64,000 bases of DNA. Origin: an uncultured cyanobacterium. Its GTDB lineage: Bacteria; Cyanobacteriota; Cyanobacteriia; PCC-6307; Cyanobiaceae. A model generated the notes under the pieces. That model ran no database searches. It was not told the DNA's origin and was given only the letters and a program-made list of their open reading frames with translations. The position numbers were made by a program, and so were the translations under genes. Positions 60,901-64,000 of the stretch are shown here, piece by piece. Location of the stretch: assembly GCA_963697335.1 (NCBI GenBank), contig CAVONQ010000009.1, forward strand, positions 20,413 through 84,412, written 5' to 3'. Every line of letters begins with the position of its first letter. Position 1 is the stretch's first letter.

Positions 60901-61522
60901 AGTAGCGCGTACCTATCGTGTTCTTATAGCCCAGGGTGTTCTTCTCTGACAAGCTGACCACCGCCCCTAGTCGGTCGGCCGTTTTGACGCATTGTTGAAA
61001 AGTCTGGGCTGTGTAGCATTGAATATCCAGCTGATTACAGCCCCTGGGAGGTACCAGGGCAACCTGGAAGGGCTGGATGCTGCAGAAGATCGGTTTGGTG
61101 TAGAGCTGGCGAAGACGATAGAAATCGGCGAGCGTGTAGTTAGCAAAAAAGTGATCATCCACCTGGATGCCGTCGCCGTGGCGTGCTTCATGCAATAGGT
61201 CTGGCACGCTCAGGGAGCGGTATTGGGGCGACTGAACCCACACCACTGGCATCAATCCTTGCTGGCGGGCCTCCTGGGCCACCTGCTGTTGGGTGGCATC
61301 AGAGACCTTGCGGTAGTCGAGAAAGACCACGCGGTACCGCACGGCGCGGATCTGAGCCATCACCTCGCCCATCCTGTTGGTGGAGCTGTAAAACCAGATC
61401 TGCGGCTGGGACAGCCATGTGCCGTTGGGGGCTGCCGTCGCCAGCAGCGGTGCCAAGGCGAGGGCGAAGATCGAAACCTGGCAGCTGATGGATCTGAACT
61501 GGCCGAACATCTGCCGCGGCAT
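60875..61522 (-). CDS. Hypothetical secreted protein; start uncertain
   Basis: Signal-like FALALAPLLATA then WLSQPQIWF and GIQVDDHFF; lower GC; 3' overlap with fetB. Confidence 0.6.
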   Translation of the reverse strand: MPRQMFGQFRSISCQVSIFALALAPLLATAAPNGTWLSQPQIWFYSSTNRMGEVMAQIRAVRYRVVFLDYRKVSDATQQQVAQEARQQGLMPVVWVQSPQYRSLSVPDLLHEARHGDGIQVDDHFFANYTLADFYRLRQLYTKPIFCSIQPFQVALVPPRGCNQLDIQCYTAQTFQQCVKTADRLGAVVSLSEKNTLGYKNTIGTRYFNTFLWPG

Positions 61523-61939
61523 GGAAAAGATCACGTTGGTACGCTTGGGTGAAGACGCGTGGTGCGTTGTCGTGGTGAATCCGTCCATCATCGCGCTTGA
61601 GATCTCCATCACTCCACTCTGCCTAAGGTTAATCGGGGGGTGTGGGGGCAGATCAGATCGCCAGCGTTGCGGGCCTCGCTGAGCAGCTGGGGCCGCAACA
61701 GATGCACCGCCTTGCTGCCCCAGCGCTGGAAGGGCTGCGCCCCGCAGGCGCATGCCCAGGCTGAGCAGCATTGGATTGGTACCGCGGTAGCGGCGTGCCA
61801 TTCCCGTCGCAACGGCGTGGTGCCTGCCCCCAGCAGCGTGATCAGGGAATCAACAGCCACGGTTGACCTAGGGAGGCTCTGGAAAACCCGAGCCATCCGC
61901 GCGAAAATATCCCTGTAATCGCAGGCGCGGACTGGGTTC

Positions 61940-62944
61940 ATGGGCAGCAAGCAGCTCGGATTTGGCGATTACGAGCAGACCACGGCCAAGAAGCGCACGA
62001 GGCGCGAGCGTTTTTTGGCCGAAATGGAGAAGGTGGTGCCGTGGAAAGCGCTGATTGATCTGATCGAGCCCCACTATCCCAAGACCAGCTCCAAGGGTGG
62101 TCGCCCGCCCTATCCGCTGGCAACCATGCTGCGCATCCACCTGCTCCAGCAGTGGTACGACCTCAGCGATCCAGCGATGGAGGATGCGCTGATCGAGGTG
62201 CCGACGATGCGCCGTTTTGCAGGGATCGACATGATCAGTGACCGGATTCCTGATGAGACCACGATTCTCGCGTTCCGGCACTTGCTGGAGAAGAACGATC
62301 TCGGCAAACAGATCTTTGAGGTGGTCAAAGCCCACCTCAAGGCCAACGGCATGGCGATGAAGCAGGGCACGATCATTGATGCCACCTTGATCGCGGCGCC
62401 CAGCTCCACCAAAAATAAGAAGAAGGAGAGGGATCCGGAGATGCACCAGACCTGCAAGGGCAAGCAGTGGTACTGTCGGGATGAAGGTCCACAACCGCTA
62501 CGCGGAAGCAAGGGCTACGGCGTGGATAGCGAGAGCGGCCTCATCCACTCAGTGGAAACCACAGCTGCCAATGTGCATGACCTAACCCCAGCCTCTGATC
62601 TCCTGCACGGAGAGGAGACCCTGGTCTATGCAGATGCCGGCTACCAGGGAATCGAGAAGCGAGACGAGATGAAAGGCCGTGGGATCGGCTTCCGCGTCGC
62701 CATGCGACCCGGAAAGCGCCGAGTGCTGCCGGATACGCCGGAGGGTCGACTGGATGATCTGGTCGAAACTGCCAAAGCGCATATCCGCGCCAAGGTCGAG
62801 CATCCGTTTCGGGTGATCAAACAGCAGTTCGGCTTTCAGAAGACCCGGCTGCGGGGAATGCTCAAGAACCGCTGCAAAGTGAATGTGCTGGTAGCCCTCT
62901 CGAACCTGTTCATGGCACGTCGCAGGTTGCTATGCAGTACGTGA
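61940..62944 (+). CDS. IS5 transposase, locally scrambled by an extra base and a 24-nt insertion
   Basis: GRPPYPL; IPDETTI; IIDATLI; YADAGYQG; RAKVEHPF; FGMKVHIGVD is replaced by CRDEGPQPLRGSKGYGVD. Confidence 0.88.
   Translation: MGSKQLGFGDYEQTTAKKRTRRERFLAEMEKVVPWKALIDLIEPHYPKTSSKGGRPPYPLATMLRIHLLQQWYDLSDPAMEDALIEVPTMRRFAGIDMISDRIPDETTILAFRHLLEKNDLGKQIFEVVKAHLKANGMAMKQGTIIDATLIAAPSSTKNKKKERDPEMHQTCKGKQWYCRDEGPQPLRGSKGYGVDSESGLIHSVETTAANVHDLTPASDLLHGEETLVYADAGYQGIEKRDEMKGRGIGFRVAMRPGKRRVLPDTPEGRLDDLVETAKAHIRAKVEHPFRVIKQQFGFQKTRLRGMLKNRCKVNVLVALSNLFMARRRLLCST
62494..62517 (+). repeat. 24-nt double-hairpin mini-insertion
   Basis: A-CCGC-TAC-GCGG-A-AGC-AAGG-GCT-A interrupting an inferred ATC codon. 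Confidence 0.6.
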
Positions 62945-63116
62945 TCAGGGGATCAGTGTGCCTGTCGAGGGAAAGAATCGGCCAACATGGGCAGATCTTG
63001 GCACCCGAAAGGGTGAAATCAGGCCAAGCCAACCTCAGATTCGCCAGAAGTTGTTCATTCCGAGCAAATTGCAACCTCGGACCCTCTTTCAGGGCTCGTT
63101 ACCCAGAGGCTCCCTA

Positions 63117-63385
63117 GGAGTTTGTTGCCAATAGAGCAGCGAGCCCCTGGCTACGATGAATCGTGGCTGAGGTGAATCCCAGCGACACTATTCTTCTGCC
63201 GAGCGGTTTCTTTCAGGCGGGTTTGAGTCAGCCCTGGCCGCTCTTGCTAGGTCCGTTGCCCTTCATTTCGTTGCTGCCGCCAGCGCCTGCCGCTGTGATC
63301 TCCGGAATCTGTACTATTTGAGCAGGTTGTGCGTGGCAGCGATCAGGTGCCATTCACCATCAATCTTGTCCAGCCCCCGCAGAAT
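63117..63385 (-). mobile_element. 3' remnant of an IS1182-family element
   Basis: LRGLDKIDGEWHLIAATHNLLK*YRFRR resembles the IS1182 transposase C-terminus; cut by the ISAs1 end; terminus abuts CTAG. Confidence 0.6.
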
Positions 63386-64000
63386 CAGGGCTGATTCAAA
63401 GTCTCTCAGGAAGAGTTGGCTGCCGGTTGCCGCTGCGCCATGGCCAACAGCGCTGTGATGTCGTGGCAGACAGCCTGCATCCCTGAACGGATGGACTGAA
63501 AGCCGCCCAGTCGCAGCAGGTTGAGAGCGGCTGTCCGCAGCGTCGCCAGCTCTCAATGCTCCAGCGATCCCGCACCAGTTTCAGCAGGGCTTCTGGGGTG
63601 GTGCGCAAGCTGGTGAGGAAGAAATGGGTCTGCCGGAAGGTCTTGCCGTCGCGGGTCCCGACGGCGGCCATCTCCACAATCCAACTGGTGCCGCTCCAGG
63701 CCTCACGGATGTGCTCCGGTGCCGCTTTGGCGCGGAACGTCCAGGTGATGGCACGGCCGTGGCTGATCTCATGATCCGTTGCCACCAAAGGGATGTGGCG
63801 TTTCCCCTGGAACTGGCAGCGGATCTGACGGTGCAGTGTCTTTTGGTTCCTCTTAACGGTCAGGAGGAAGTCGGCCCCCTGCTCGGTGAGCTGTTGAAAA
63901 AGGTTTCTGGGTGTGGAGAGCAACTCCTTCGGAGAAGGCTTCGCCTACCGCCTGGATTAGTACCCCCTCCAGGTCGAGCTCGCCCAGCAGCTGTTTCAGC
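63386..64000 (-). mobile_element. Degenerate ISAs1-family element (frameshift, deletion, mini-insertion); runs off the window
   Basis: End CAGGGCTGATTCAAAGTC; IQA..ALHTQ, GADFLLTVKRNQ, HGR, RDRWSIE; ATLRTAALNLLR in another frame. Confidence 0.82.
63923..63947 (+). repeat. 25-nt double-hairpin mini-insertion
   Basis: A-CTCC-TTC-GGAG-A-AGGC-TTC-GCCT-A replacing the middle base of the Asp codon in QADALH. Confidence 0.65.

Larger units (their letters stand above)
61872..63113 (+). mobile_element. IS5-family insertion sequence
   Basis: Imperfect TIRs GGAGGCTCTGGAAAAC / GTTACCCAGAGGCTCC; CTAG duplication at 61868-61871 and 63114-63117. Confidence 0.88.

Overview
GC-rich chromosomal window from a picocyanobacterium, most likely Cyanobium/Synechococcus cluster 5 (chlN-chlB-chlL order, psbA, hli, Som-type porin, two DUF3136-like genes). 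It mixes core genes (chlNBL, pyrC, pyrF-pyrE fusion, amino-acid ABC transporter) with stress and low-oxygen accessory genes: an arsenate module (gap-arsJ) with ArsR- and Pho-like boxes, ferritin, porin, CHAD protein, acetate kinase, two sulfide:quinone oxidoreductases, an FdhF/YdeP molybdoenzyme, Hsp20, an HLIP and an NblA-like protein. The best candidate for an undescribed system is an apparent operon of low-oxygen D1' psbA + Tll0287-like c-heme protein + SQR. Its promoter shares a TATGCG..TA..G..ATAA box with a rhodanese-remnant/TauE operon that sits beside a two-Cys BigR/SqrR-like repressor, suggesting a sulfide-triggered PSII D1 switch. The window also holds several decayed genes (acr3::gltS chimera, deleted rhodanese, peptide deformylase with both metal His lost, YqjG with W->TGA, DUF2164 and FUSC remnants). 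It ends in nested IS5/IS1182/ISAs1 remnants; two of the transposases carry related 24-25 nt double-hairpin insertions at the same CATC(G/C)GC context. All calls come from motif recognition in the sequence; no searches were run.
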